The notes beneath the pieces are model-generated. The model was given only the letters and a program-made list of their open reading frames with translations, was not told where the DNA came from and did no database searches. Positions 51,542 through 64,000 of a DNA stretch of 64,000 nt are shown piece after piece. The stretch comes from Octopus vulgaris (lineage: Eukaryota), in assembly GCA_951406725.2 (NCBI GenBank), contig OX597832.1, forward strand, positions 37,014,001-37,078,000, given 5' to 3'. Each line of letters begins with the position of its first letter. Position 1 is the first letter of the stretch. Position numbers and translations under genes: made by a program.

Positions 51542-52740
51542 TCACTTTTACTTCTTCTGATTTATCCATGCCACGTCTCGGCTGCATCCCGCAGCTTAGA
51601 GACGCAACACTTTTCGCAACACATGAGCTGCTGTTTACAAGCTACTTACCACACAGCCACTCCTGCTGCCGATTAAATATTTCCTAAGAAATTTGGAATT
51701 TGCAGTCTTTCATGCCAGCATATTGCTCTTTCTGAGAAATGGTCCCAACTGCACCTATGACAATGGGTTCTACGTTCACTTTTGAGGCTGTATGGATTCT
51801 TTTTACTTTCAATCCTTGGTTTTGCTACTTCCAAACTTTCTCGTCCTCTGTCTTCACAATATTCTGGTCTGCAGGTATAGCTACATCGATGAAGGTTCGA
51901 TCCTTGGACTCCTTCAGCAGGAGAGTAATATCTGGTCGGTTATGTTCCAGCTTTTTTCCTGTGTATATCGGCCTATCCCATGTGAGTTCACCTGAACATT
52001 CTCAGCTACTGGCAAAGGTTGGTGCTCATACTACTCGTTGGAGCATTCCAGCCCATACTTCTTGCACGGCTATTTTGTCATTGCGTTTTTGCTCTCTTTC
52101 TGGGCTAATTTTGAGCACCCACTAATTATATATCTAATTGTTTCAGATGGTTTTCCACATAGTCTACAAACAGGTAACAATGTTGTCTTACCAATGCTTC
52201 ACTTGAAAAATAATATGAGAAACTGGAAGACAGTTTTGACTGCAGGTGGAAGAGGAATCGGACAAGTCGACCAGAAGAGGAAAAATAGGAGCTGGTTAGA
52301 AGCTGCAGAAAAACATGAGACAGTTCTTCTGTCTCCTTTTAAAAAACCCATGTCTGAACCATCTCCAGGATTCTTCATCAACTTCATTCACTGTTTGCTG
52401 GGAAAACTCTCCATGTAGGACTTTCTCTTTCCCGTTGACCTTTTCCTTCTTAGTCCTCATGTTGTACTCCTGGACGATCTCACCATTGTCACTGATAACC
52501 TTCTCCCTCGGTGCAGCCAGTAACATTATTTCATCAGATAGGCATACAAGAACTTGATTTCCTTCACAACACTATCCTCTATGCCAACCAGTTCTCTTTC
52601 ACCTTTCTTCCTACGTAAGTAAAGCCTTACTGTGTTACTTTTAGTATGAAGGTACCCATGCATAGCCATTACTTTTTTTTAGCTTTTCTATCTTCCTCTA
52701 GAGTATGTCTCGGGCAGTTCTATTAGAGCAAAACCATCTG
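51480..52740 (-). mobile_element. Decayed RLE-type (R4/Dong-like) non-LTR retrotransposon 3' portion with (GAT)n tail
   Basis: Minus: LHGEF..SWRW; LCGKPSETI..IISGCSKLAQ; HNRPDITLL..TFIDVAIPADQNIVKTEDEK..EPIVIGAVG. Confidence 0.85.
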
Positions 52741-53689
52741 GACGTTATCCATAGTTTTCGTCCGTCGTTGAGTCCTCAAGTTTCCCCCGAGGATGTCTAC
52801 GTTCTTATCCATCACTAGTCCTCTATAAATTGTTAAGGAGGAACTTCCGCCGACCGCATTACTCCTTTAGCAGAGAACGATGACCGTCTGATGATATTCC
52901 AGATGCTAGACACTCAGTCATGGTTTTTTCTTTTACCAGGACTGCAGCTCCATCAAATAATATTGATGATGATAATCTATAAGATCGAAACGAATGAAGT
53001 CCCTGACAGCAATGACGTCGCTATCCGTTGGGACATGTCTATTCACGTTGGTAGAGCCATAAAAATAAACAAGTTCTGACTTCAGATATTCAAGTATTGA
53101 AGTATGCCATGATCTGGAAAATAAAAGTTCTTGTTACCACAAAGGGTATGATGAAAAGAGAAAAGAAGAAAAAAAAAACCCGTTTATTTAATTCTTGATA
53201 GAATTTAATAGTTTAATGCAAATGTGTTTATAATGCCCATGTGTTTCATTTAAACCCATTAGAGTATTATATTGTTTTTACCATTACTTAATTATTTCGA
53301 GAATCAAATCAATAGAGATCAATCAATCATATATTTTTCTATTGATTATTATATTTCATAAGTGCACTTTTGATTAACGTAGTACCACCATGGGATTAAT
53401 TAACTGAAATAGTAAGAGGTATGATCAGCTAAACACGGGCACGGACAATGACTGTATCACCAGTCTCTGGGACATAACCATCCACGTTGGCATAAAGATA
53501 AAAATTAAGAATTAAGTATGGATACTAGGTTTATCCTCACCCGTAGCACCCGAATGCCTTTAGTAGAGTCCAATCTATGGCAGGCATTCAAAACAGTTCT
53601 CCACTTTGAGGATATCTTCTGCCCTCCTTCCCGGTTCTTCAAAGTGCCATTGGGCCCCGCTCTTCCTTCTTGACTAAAAGATTATAATA

Positions 53690-53870
53690 AAAAAAGAAGC
53701 CTGATATCGTTATCAACGACAAGAAGGGAAAGTGATGCACACTTATCGACATTGCAAAACTTTCCGAAAGAAATACCTCCTCAAGAGTCTCTGAGAAGTT
53801 GACCATGTGCAAAGACCCAGAGATCGAAACCAACAGAACGTTAAATATGGAGATCGAAATAATTCCGGTG
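53690..53870 (+). mobile_element. RLE-type LINE endonuclease remnant
   Basis: KKPDIVINDKKGK*CTLIDIA...SEKL..KDPEIE...IIPV; a related piece IRWDMSIH lies at about 53020. Confidence 0.7.
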
Positions 53871-54072
53871 TTTACACTGATACAAAATGTCTGTGGTGAT
53901 ATCTCTACTTGGAAAAGCGTTTAGATTCTCCTCCACAGATGAAGCAGCAGATAATCAAATCTCCAGAGTAAATCAAACATTAATCAATAACGAATATTGT
54001 AATAAATCTTATAGAGCAAGTGATAGAACAATAGAGACACGAATACAATGCAATAGGTATATGAAACACTCG
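53871..54072 (+). mobile_element. Penelope-like GIY-YIG remnant (copy 2, inverted relative to copy 1)
   Basis: Near-identical reverse complement of about 44841-45041. Confidence 0.55.
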
Positions 54073-54611
54073 TGAAAAAGAGAATGGATAACTTCACAAA
54101 CAGTGCCATAGCTAACATTAGTATCTATACTGTTCGGAATGTTACCCTACTCGGAAAGACCCACATAACACGGAAGCTACTGTTGATCCAATGACATTTT
54201 CCCATTGTGCCTCAGGTTAGTAGTTTGAATCCGAGCCTTCAGGATATTAAAATGAAGCCCAAAAGAAACAGGCTAAAAATAGGTGAAATACATCAACAAG
54301 GATATGGGCACAGGTATGGCTGTGTGGTTAAGTTTACTCAGCGACCACTTGGTTCGGGGTTCGATCCCACGCTGTAGCACTTTGACCATAGTGTTCCTCA
54401 CGGAGAGATATTAGGTTTCCTGGTCGTAGTGAGAGTGAGAATTGAAAAGGGAGAAGCAAACAAATTGTTATATCTACAACTGATCTTTTATCACCATTTT
54501 TCTTGATGGGGATGTCAACTTTGGAGCATCCTGGATTCTTGAGATAGTCTCCCCTTCACAAGTGGAGCTGGTCTTAATTGCCATTTGGTAAATATAACAC
54601 ACCTTCAAGAG

Positions 54612-54934
54612 CAGGGGTTCTCAACCATTTTTTTTTTATCTACGGATCGTTTTGATTACTATTTTATTCTGGTGGACCCCCATAGCCATTCGGTGTTTAA
54701 AAACTAGTTTTCACACATTGACTTGTGTAGGTTGAACTATGTAAACGTTAGAGAAAGAAACCCAGCTGTTTCTTACAATACATAGCAATACATACATCTC
54801 AAGTTTTTCAGGGGTCCCCTTAAAATAATATTGCGAATCCCCAATTTACTAATTTGTTGCGTGCCCCCCACAGCCCGCCCCCACATATTATATGGACCCT
54901 CATGGGCCATATGGATCCAAGTTGAGAGCCACTG
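54612..54934. mobile_element. hAT (Charlie-like) MITE
   Basis: TIR CAGGGGTTCTCAAC / GTTGAGAGCCACTG; body related to 9340-9668 in opposite orientation; TSD degenerate. Confidence 0.8.
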
Positions 54935-55147
54935 CACTAGAGGTGGAGATAATTTTCATAAATCAAGTATCTATGCTGTATGGTGTTTGGTACACCTGTG
55001 CTTGTCTATGTTGTTCAAATACATACCACTGGCCACTCCGAGTTACTTTTCCTGGCTCATTTTTGTTTAAATTTTGTTAATTAAATAAAATTTGTTTAAC
55101 ATCTATCCAACACAATGGTAAAGAAAGAACTATACGGATACAAGCAA

Positions 55148-55378
55148 GGCGGCGAGCTGGCAGAATCGTTAGCACGCCAGGCGAAATGCTTAGCGGTATT
55201 TTGTCTGCCGCTACGTTCTGAGTTCAAATTCTGCCGAGGTCGACTTTGCCTTTCATCCTTTCGGAATCGATAAATTAAGTACCAGTTTCGCACTAGGGTC
55301 GATGTAATCGACTTAATCCCTTTGTCTGTCCTTGTTTGTCCCCTCTATGTTTAGTCCCTTGTGGGTAATAAAGAAATA
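55148..55378 (+). mobile_element. SINE family A
   Basis: Complete copy. Confidence 0.92.
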
Positions 55379-56689
55379 TATATTGATACAAGCAGTGTTT
55401 TGACTTCTCGTTCATAGAATGGCGGAACAGGCAATGTATCAAATATTGGAGTGGGCCTGGTATTTATTTCAAAATCATTGTTCTACTCCAGCCAATACCT
55501 CGTGGGGGAAATGCGATTAACAAAAATTGTGCAGAAGCCCATCACACTCACATGCTCGAGCTTGCGTATGGCCGGATTTGCTGTAAACGCATCCGACCTC
55601 AATTTTTTTTTTTTTTTTTCAAAAATTTCTTCCGATTCCTGTTTTCAGCGTCTCTGTAATCAATTTTATCCCAAACCCTAGTTTTTCCAAATTTCGAGTT
55701 ACCTTAACGCCTCCCATTTTTTTTTGTTTTTAACTTCTTCCGATTTTTCTAAAAAACATTCCGCAAAAAAATACAGAATTTTTTGCTTTTTAATTTCATT
55801 TAAAAAACAAATTCCCCGTCCGTTCATTTGCGCATGCATGGATATCTGCTGAACCATCACTTGCCATTTAGAAAGTCTCAAGGCAGTCACTTGAGATGCT
55901 AGAAATAACAAAAAAATTCCATCACATTTTCTTTTTTTCTTAATAATAATTTCTTCGAATTTCTAAGTTTCAAACAACGGAAATTACGATTTTATTCCAC
56001 ACCACATTAAAAAAAACAAAAAAACGCAGCATTTTAAAATATTAATTTACCACAACCCTACTCCCTGTCCGCCGCTTCGCGTGAAGACGTGTTCTGGAAT
56101 CCCTATTATCAGGAATAAGCATTTTTATGCAATATACTGAGTTCGAAAGACATAAATTATTTACTGGAAAATTTACGGGCTTGAGAAATGTCTAGCGGTA
56201 TATGTGCTGGCATTGAGACGGAATGGGCGAGTAAATTAAGTGATTTTGCGTTTTCTGTTTTTATGCGATTGAAAATTGACATTATTTATAAACTTATTTG
56301 ATGTTTAAATTCACTTCATTTTAATGTTTCATTGTAATAGCTACTCCCTGGAAGGAAAAACTATCGAATAATATATTGAATAAGCGTTTATAAAAAAGAA
56401 AAATTCCATTAAACTGATAATCATGACAGACGGGTGATTTGAGGCCGTAATTAGGTATTGTAACTTTTCATTTGATTTATCAAAAGTATTGATTTGTCTG
56501 GTACCATGTGTAAAATTTAGCTTTTTATGTTTTGTTTCGTTTTCGATAACGCTTTATAGATTAAAAAGCAACCCCAGAAACTTAGCTTAATAGCCTTAAT
56601 AGTTTACGGTCAATATATTCAATAGTATAAAATGTGGTCTATATCGTGATGATGGGGTAATCGTTACACAACATATTAGATAGAGTGAC

Positions 56690-56803
56690 AAAAGATTTTA
56701 TTCGTTGAAGCTTTCAAGGGAAAATGTAAATTAACCTTAGTTCTTACATGAACCAGCATGCAAGATGGTGAGAGACGCAGATTTCTAGGATAACATACAT
56801 ATA

Positions 56804-56834
<31 letters not shown>

Positions 56835-56953
56835 GTTAAAACCGAAGATATCACCAACATCAAATCTGCACACATACATGCATACATACATACATACATA
56901 CATACATACATACATACATACATACATACATACATACATACAGAATTACATCA

Positions 56954-56984
<31 letters not shown>

Positions 56985-57812
56985 GTTAAAACCGAAGATA
57001 TCACCAACATCATAAGCAGTTGTCCAAAAATGCCACGTTGTAGCTAGGACACTCTATAATGAAATCCGTCGGAAGGATAACCCCGAGGACAAAGAAATAA
57101 GAACCCACGGTATGGTAGAAGCCATAGCCACTCACACTGAAAAGGAGTACTGGTAGAATGTCCCAGTGAAGACCTCAATAAAATGTAAGCATAACAGACC
57201 TGATATAATGATTTGGGATACAGAAGAGAATCTATGTACGGTTGTGGAAATTAGCTGCCCATCGGATGTTAACGTAAAGCTGAAGATCAGTGAAAAAGAG
57301 AAGACCTACGCTGAACTATTGAGAAACCTGCAGTTACTCTATCCAGATTACAAGTTCGGGTTTGTACCTGTAATTAAAGGGGCACTGGAATATATAACAC
57401 ACTGCCTAAGTGCTAATCTTGAGAAATTAGGCTTCTCAAAACCTGAAAGGAGAAAGCTAATTCGAAAGACTACAGGTCCAATCCATCGCTGGAACTGTAA
57501 AATTCTGCAAAACTTTCCGGAAGTTAATCATTCAAATATATACGTAAGCATATATATATATAAGCCTAGATATGCAAGTATATGCATGAGAATACATACA
57601 TAAAGCAAAACATACAAATCTGCACACATACATACATACATACATACATACATGCATACATACATACATATATACATACATATATACATACATATATACA
57701 TACATACATGCATACATATATACATACATATGCTGTTGTTGATGTTGAAATTCCAATGAGCCTTGGATTTAGGTTAGAAACAGGCTCTTTCTCTATTGGC
57801 AAGAAATCTTGA
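56690..57812 (+). mobile_element. RLE-type (R4-like) non-LTR retrotransposon 3' portion with (TACA)n in its 3' UTR
   Basis: EDITNIISSCPK; KHNRPDIMIWD...VVEISCPSDVN...EKEKTY...FVPVIKGAL (PD-(D/E)xK type endonuclease). Confidence 0.88.
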
Positions 57813-57992
57813 CATATATACGCGCGTAGTTACGTACGAATGTCTGTATGTGTCTGTACGTGCGTGTGTGTGCCTATAAATTCTTAAGCGTATGTTTAAA
57901 GTGCATGCACACACACATATATATACATATATACATACATAATTTATGTATATATATATGTATGTATGTATCTGTTTATATCTATCTATCTA

Positions 57993-58034
<42 letters not shown>

Positions 58035-58468
58035 GGTATGTTTGTATGTATATGTAGCAGGAGTTGTTACCTTTTTCCTGCTACACACACACGCACACAA
58101 ATGTGTGAGTGTGTGTGTATGTATATGTATACACACACACACGCACACGCACACACACGCACACACACACACACATACACACATATATATATATATAGTA
58201 ATAATTATTTGAGGGAATATTAATCCAAACTTACAGGGAAAATAATTCAATTTAGAAATACTAAATCAAATTTCACACAATATAATATATATATATATAT
58301 ATATATATACAAATTAGAAAAAAAACACATTCTATCAATTCAAAATGAGCAATTAAATTACACCATCTAGAAAATTACATATAATAGAAATATTAAAATT
58401 AAATTAACAATAAAATATCAGTAATTAAGTAAATTGCAAAAAAAAAATAATAATAAATACGTATAGAA

Positions 58469-58571
58469 TAACGACACGTGTTTCGTGGCTATAATTAAGA
58501 AATGATTATAGTAAAAAGTTAATAGTAGTAGTAAAATCACTTCGATATAAATATAGCCACTCATCAGGTTA
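58469..58571 (-). ncRNA. Minimal type I hammerhead ribozyme (Penelope-associated type)
   Basis: Minus strand: UAAC-CUGAUGA-GUGGCUAUA-(58 nt)-UAUAGCCAC-GAAA-CACGUG-UC-GUUA; all core nucleotides present, 4-bp stem I, 9-bp stem II, palindromic stem III. Confidence 0.85.
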
Positions 58572-58934
58572 AAAATAAACTAGAATAATAAAATAATTAA
58601 TTAATAAATATACTTTAATATATATAAAATACTAAATATACATTAAGTGGAAATTAAAACAATACTTAAATTATTAAATACTTTAAAATTAATTAAAATA
58701 CACAATGCTAGTACAAGTCATTAAATTGTAATCAAAATAAGAAATGGTTCAAATACTGACAAACTCATTAAATAAGCTAACTATATAATTAATATACATG
58801 TGTAATATCTATAGATTTAATTTATCAATCTATAATATAGTTGACTAAATATCAATTAGTATAATACCTAATTAACTTAAAATTTAATTCTACATAATAA
58901 ATATACCACCAAATAATTATATATATATATGATA

Positions 58935-59368
58935 GGCGTAGGAGTGGCTGTGTGGTAAGTAGCTTGTTTACCAACCACATGGTTCCGGGTTCAGTCCCAC
59001 TGCGTGGCACTTTGGGCAAGTGTCTTCTGCTATAACCTTGGGCAAGTGTCTTCTGCTATAACCTTGGGCCTACCAAAGCCTTGTGAGTGGATTTGGTAGA
59101 TGGAAACCGAAAACAGCCCGTCATATATATGTATATATATATATGTATGTCTGTGTATACGTTTGTGTGTGTGTGTGTTTGTCCCCCAACATCATTTGAC
59201 AACCGATGCTGGTGTGTTTACGTCCCCGTAACTTAGCGGTTCGGCAATAGAGACCGAAAACATAAGTACTAGGCTTACAAAGAATAAGTCCTGGAGTCGA
59301 CTTGCTCGACTAAAGGCGGAACTCCAGCATGGCCACAGTCAAATGACTGAAACAAGTAAAAGAGTAAA
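58935..59368 (+). mobile_element. SINE family B with 26-bp internal tandem duplication
   Basis: Full copy inserted in (TA)n; TTGGGCAAGTGTCTTCTGCTATAACC occurs twice. Confidence 0.92.
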
Positions 59369-59859
59369 AATATATATATATATATATATATATAAGTTCT
59401 ATTAGAGGTTAAATAAGCCTTATTAAGGGATAATAATATCCAATGAACTTACTAGTTAATTATCTCTATTACTTGTTTTGAATTTTAATTTAATACTCAC
59501 AAATAATAGGTAATTAGATAAAACGAGGTTTGTATTTATTTAAGAAACATAAGAAAATAGAGTTCTGTTGTGTCTGGGGAGAGTGATTTTCTTTTTGTGC
59601 CTTATAATATAACACACTCACCAAGCGAAATAAGAAAATAGAGATTAATCAATTAAAAATTATATAGGTGATGACGTCTAGTTTTGCAATTAATAAATAT
59701 AATTATTAATTGATTAATATCTGTTTGCTTATATATATATATTTTGCTCGACATTTTAAAACGGATGTAATACTTACAGTGTTGAATAAAATGAAGTAGC
59801 ATGAAACGATTGTACCACTCTACCTCGGATATACTTGTTGCTTATTTGGATATATATAT

Positions 59860-59921
<62 letters not shown>

Positions 59922-60515
59922 AGATATATATGTATATATGAGACGGTCCGCCTATGAGATCCGTTCACAAGGTTTTGGTCATCCAGGGTCTGTTGTAGAA
60001 AAGACTTGTCCAAGGTGCCACAGAGCAGGTCTGAATCCAATGCCATGTGATTGGAAACCAAAGTTCTCACTATATAACCATACCTGCTGTACACATGCAT
60101 ACACACACGCACACATATATATAAATGTATATATATATATGTATGTACATGTATGTATATACGTCTATGTCTGTGTCTGTCTATCTATCTATCTATCTAT
60201 TTATCTATCTATTTGTGTGTGTGTGTGTGCGCACAGAGACACACACACAAATGCACACGGATACACTCGCACACGTGCGTGTTTCTCTATATGCATGTAT
60301 GTGTATATATGTGTACATGTAGCGTTTTGCAGAAACAATAAAGTTCCTAACTAAGCGTATTGTGTTACGTTCTGCGTTCGAATCTCATCGCAGTTGGCTT
60401 TGCCTTTCATTCCCTTGGGCATCGTAAATATAAGATACAGTCAAATGCTGGAATCGATCGAATCGATAGCGTCGCCTCATAATTTGCGGTCTTGTGCCAG
60501 CGTGCAAGTAATCGA

Positions 60516-60525
60516 TATATGTATG

Positions 60526-60557
<32 letters not shown>

Positions 60558-60735
60558 TGTATGTATGTATGTATGTATGTATGTATGTATGTATGTATGT
60601 ATGTATGTATGTATGTATGTATGTATGTGTGTGTGTGTGTATGTATGTGTGTGTGTATGTATGTATGTATGTATGTATGTATGTATGTATGTATGTATGT
60701 ATGTATGTATGTATGTGTGTGTGTGTGTGTATGTA

Positions 60736-60766
<31 letters not shown>

Positions 60767-61093
60767 ATGTATGTATGTGTGTGTGTGTGTATGTATGTAT
60801 GTGTGTATGTATGTATGTATGTATGTATGTATGTATGTATGTATGTATGTGTGTATGTATGTATGTATGTATGTATGTATGTATGTATGTATGTATGTAT
60901 GTATGTATGTATGTGTGTGTGTATGTATGTATGTATGTATGTATGTATGTATGTATGTATTTATTTGTGTATGTATGTATGTATGTATGTATGTATGTAT
61001 GTATGTATGTATGTATGTATGTGTGCATATATATAAATACGTGCGTGTGTGTATGTGTGTATGTATACATATACACACGTATATATGAGTGTG

Positions 61094-61159
<66 letters not shown>

Positions 61160-61178
61160 AAGAGAGATAGATAGATAT

Positions 61179-61217
<39 letters not shown>

Positions 61218-61252
61218 TATATATAGATAGATAGAGAGAGAGAGAGAGAGAC

Positions 61253-61283
<31 letters not shown>

Positions 61284-61290
61284 GAGAGAG
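60516..61290. repeat. Compound (TATG)/(TG)/(TA)/(GATA)/(AG) microsatellite
   Basis: Direct reading. Confidence 0.98.
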
Positions 61291-62761
61291 CTTGAGAGAA
61301 GGCACCAAACACTATTTAAACCCTTTTGTTTTGTCCCCTGTCGTCTCCCTCTTTTCCCTCTTTCATAGGCTTTTTACTTGGTTTCATTTGTTATTCCATC
61401 TTTTTGCCTCCCTGTGGCCCCTTTGTCTTCGATTCTTTTATCCATCAATATTGGTCTGTTTCTCGTGTTTGTCTCTCTTTATGACTCTTTCTGTCTATTC
61501 GTCTGCTTCTGTGTATCTCTCTCTCTCTATCTCTCTCTCTCATCTGTTGCATCTCGCTTTCTCTCACACCCACCCCCTCTACATCCGTACTGTCTCAGAT
61601 TCCTCTTACCCTTCATATATTTCCCCCTCCTCTCTTTCATCCTCACTCATTCACTCATTCACTCACTCACTCACTCATCTTATGTCATCTTGCATCCCTC
61701 TCTCTCTCTCTCTCTCTCTCTCTTTTTCTCTCCATCCTTTCCTTTTCACCTGGGTTACAGCTCTCTCTCCCACTCCAACTCCTCTTTCCACGTGCAATCA
61801 CACTCTTCTATATCTCGTCGTTCCGCGCCGTGTGTGTGTGTGTGTGTGTGTGTGTGTACATACATCCGTGTGTGCATACGTATGTTATTTATATCCGTGA
61901 GTATGTGTATGTCGACTACAACCGATGCCTACAACACTCGATCACACTCACCACCACCACCACCACCGACAACCGACTGCACACACAGCAGAGCGAGTCG
62001 TTGCCATTCACAGTCAGACTTGACAGCTAGCTGGTTGCGCCAGGGTCAGTCTTGTGTGCTTTCAACCACATCGTCATCACAGTACTAACGCAACTGTATA
62101 GTCAATAGCCCTTAATATTCACCTCCCTAATACTGCACCACAACCGGCACATTTACAAGGGTGAGGAAACGACGAAAGGCTACCCCAGTGGTTTTCTTTC
62201 AATATCGGTAATTATCTTTAAATCAACACCTAGCAATCGTATTTTGCGACGATCGTTTCCACACCTGATACTTGCATACACATGTGACAAACACAGAAAT
62301 ATTAAAATATATACGATTAATTACAGGTGTAGAGTTGCACCGATCGATATAAATATATATTCGTCCACCCTTACTGAAGGCCTTTGGTGATCTTTAAGTG
62401 TGATGTTTTGGGGATTGACTTAGATGTTGTTACTGCAGATGTTTGTGTCACAGTAGCTTCTGTTATTGCAACAGTTATTAGTAACTGAAGTTGCTGTCGT
62501 CTGTCTTGTTAACCCTGTTGTAAAATTGCAATTTGTCGACGGTGTTGTGACCTGCCATTCTTCAAGGTGTGGCACCGACTCGAAACTATAACCAGCTGAG
62601 TGTTTGTACCCGCCACAGAACCAACCATACCATACCATACAACAGTGATGTCGGTTGTTCTTACTGCTTTCCGCAATTCCAAGACTGCCAAAGCCAAGAA
62701 AGAACAACTGAAAAAGAAAAAGACGAAAGATCGGTATGTAGTTTTCCATTAATGTGGGTGT

Positions 62762-62884
62762 ATATGCATGCATGCATGTTTGTATGTATGTATGTATGTA
62801 TGTATGTATGTATGTATGTATGTATGTATGCCTTTCTCTATATATATATATGAATTCACACACATATGCACACTCACATATGTG

Positions 62885-62955
<71 letters not shown>

Positions 62956-63078
62956 GTCTGTCTGCCTGTCTGTCTGCCTGCCTGTCTGTCTGCCTGCCTG
63001 TCTGTCTGTCTGTCTTATCTATCTGTCTGTCTGCCTGCCTGTCTCTCTGTATCTATCTGTTTGTCTATCTATCCATCC

Positions 63079-63138
<60 letters not shown>

Positions 63139-63253
63139 GTCTGTCTGTCTGTCTGTCTGCCTGTCTGCCTGTTTGTCTGTCTGCCTGCCTGTCTGTCTGT
63201 CTATCTATCTGTCTGTCTGTCTGCCTGCATGTCTCTCTGTATCTATCTGTTTG

Positions 63254-63308
<55 letters not shown>

Positions 63309-63352
63309 CTCTTTCTATCTATCTCTCTTTCTATCTACCTATCTGTCTGCCT
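62762..63352. repeat. Compound (TATG)/(TATC)/(TGTC) microsatellite with an internal duplicated block
   Basis: GTCTCTCTGTATCTATCTGTTTGTCTATC occurs twice about 190 bp apart. Confidence 0.95.
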
Positions 63353-64000
63353 GTATGCGCGCGTCTGAAGATCGAAAGCACCAAACTCGGAGTAACCATT
63401 TGTGAAGTTTCAGCATCATAATATAAATCTCTGCTCATTTATTTTGAGCATATTCTTCTTCTTCTTCTTCTTGTTTGCTTGCGTGTGCGTGCATGCGTGT
63501 GTGTGTGTGTACACGTGCACCCTGACATGACAGAATGGTTTAGAAATTCGTCTCACAATCCTGACGTTCTGGATTCGTTTCCATTGCTTGGCATCTTAGA
63601 CAAGTGTCTTTTATTATTCGAGCTTTTGGTCTTGCTAAGGTTTTATAAATAACTCTGGGTAGGCAGAGGGTGAGGAAGTCCGTCGGGTGCACTCTATTTG
63701 TAACTGAATTGTCTATTCTTGTCATACATTGTCACGCTGGTTTCGCATGAGAATTACATAAAGTGTATATGAGTGCGCGGGATATTCAACCATACTCACT
63801 AAAACTCAGAGAGAAGGCAGTTCACATGATCGAATACTCATGGGCTAAAAAGAGATCCACTTACTGCACGAAGCTCCCAGCCCTTGGGGCACTTTGAAAC
63901 TTTTGCTGATTAATAATTACGAAAATAATTGTTTTAGATTTTAGCACAAGGCCTGCAGTTTTTTAGGTGAGGGGGTCAAGTCGACTGTATTGATCCGAGT

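Noticed and set aside
58200-58920. Mitochondrial insertion (NUMT), suggested by extreme AT content
   Set aside because: No recognisable mitochondrial gene or tRNA; the hammerhead points to a Penelope-type repeat instead.
59761-59816. Possible plus-strand hammerhead (CGGATGT...GAAACGATTGTA)
   Set aside because: The core has two mismatches to CTGATGA, stems I and II are poor and the palindrome is broken; it cannot be distinguished from chance by eye.

Overview
AT-rich, repeat-saturated eukaryotic DNA, most likely cephalopod (Octopus-like), judged from its tRNA-derived SINE families, RTE tails and very dense microsatellites. No intact protein-coding gene is evident, and most supplied ORFs are microsatellite or SINE artefacts. 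The window holds dozens of SINE copies (at least 4 families) and decayed LINEs of the RTE, Tx1 and RLE/R4-like types. It also holds a decayed Gypsy LTR element, mariner/Tc1/pogo fragments, hAT and TTAA-type MITEs, a foldback element and a Helitron whose empty site is visible elsewhere in the window. Two Penelope-type GIY-YIG fragments lie in inverted orientation. The most notable signal is a core-intact minimal type I hammerhead ribozyme (58469-58571, minus strand) with a palindromic stem III, inside an ORF-less AT-rich repeat, plus decayed relatives elsewhere. There are weak hints of a minus-strand host gene: a candidate exon at 24.2-24.4 kb, an RFX X-box near 36.1 kb and a CpG-poor left half. 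All calls were made by eye, and repeat boundaries are approximate unless termini are quoted.
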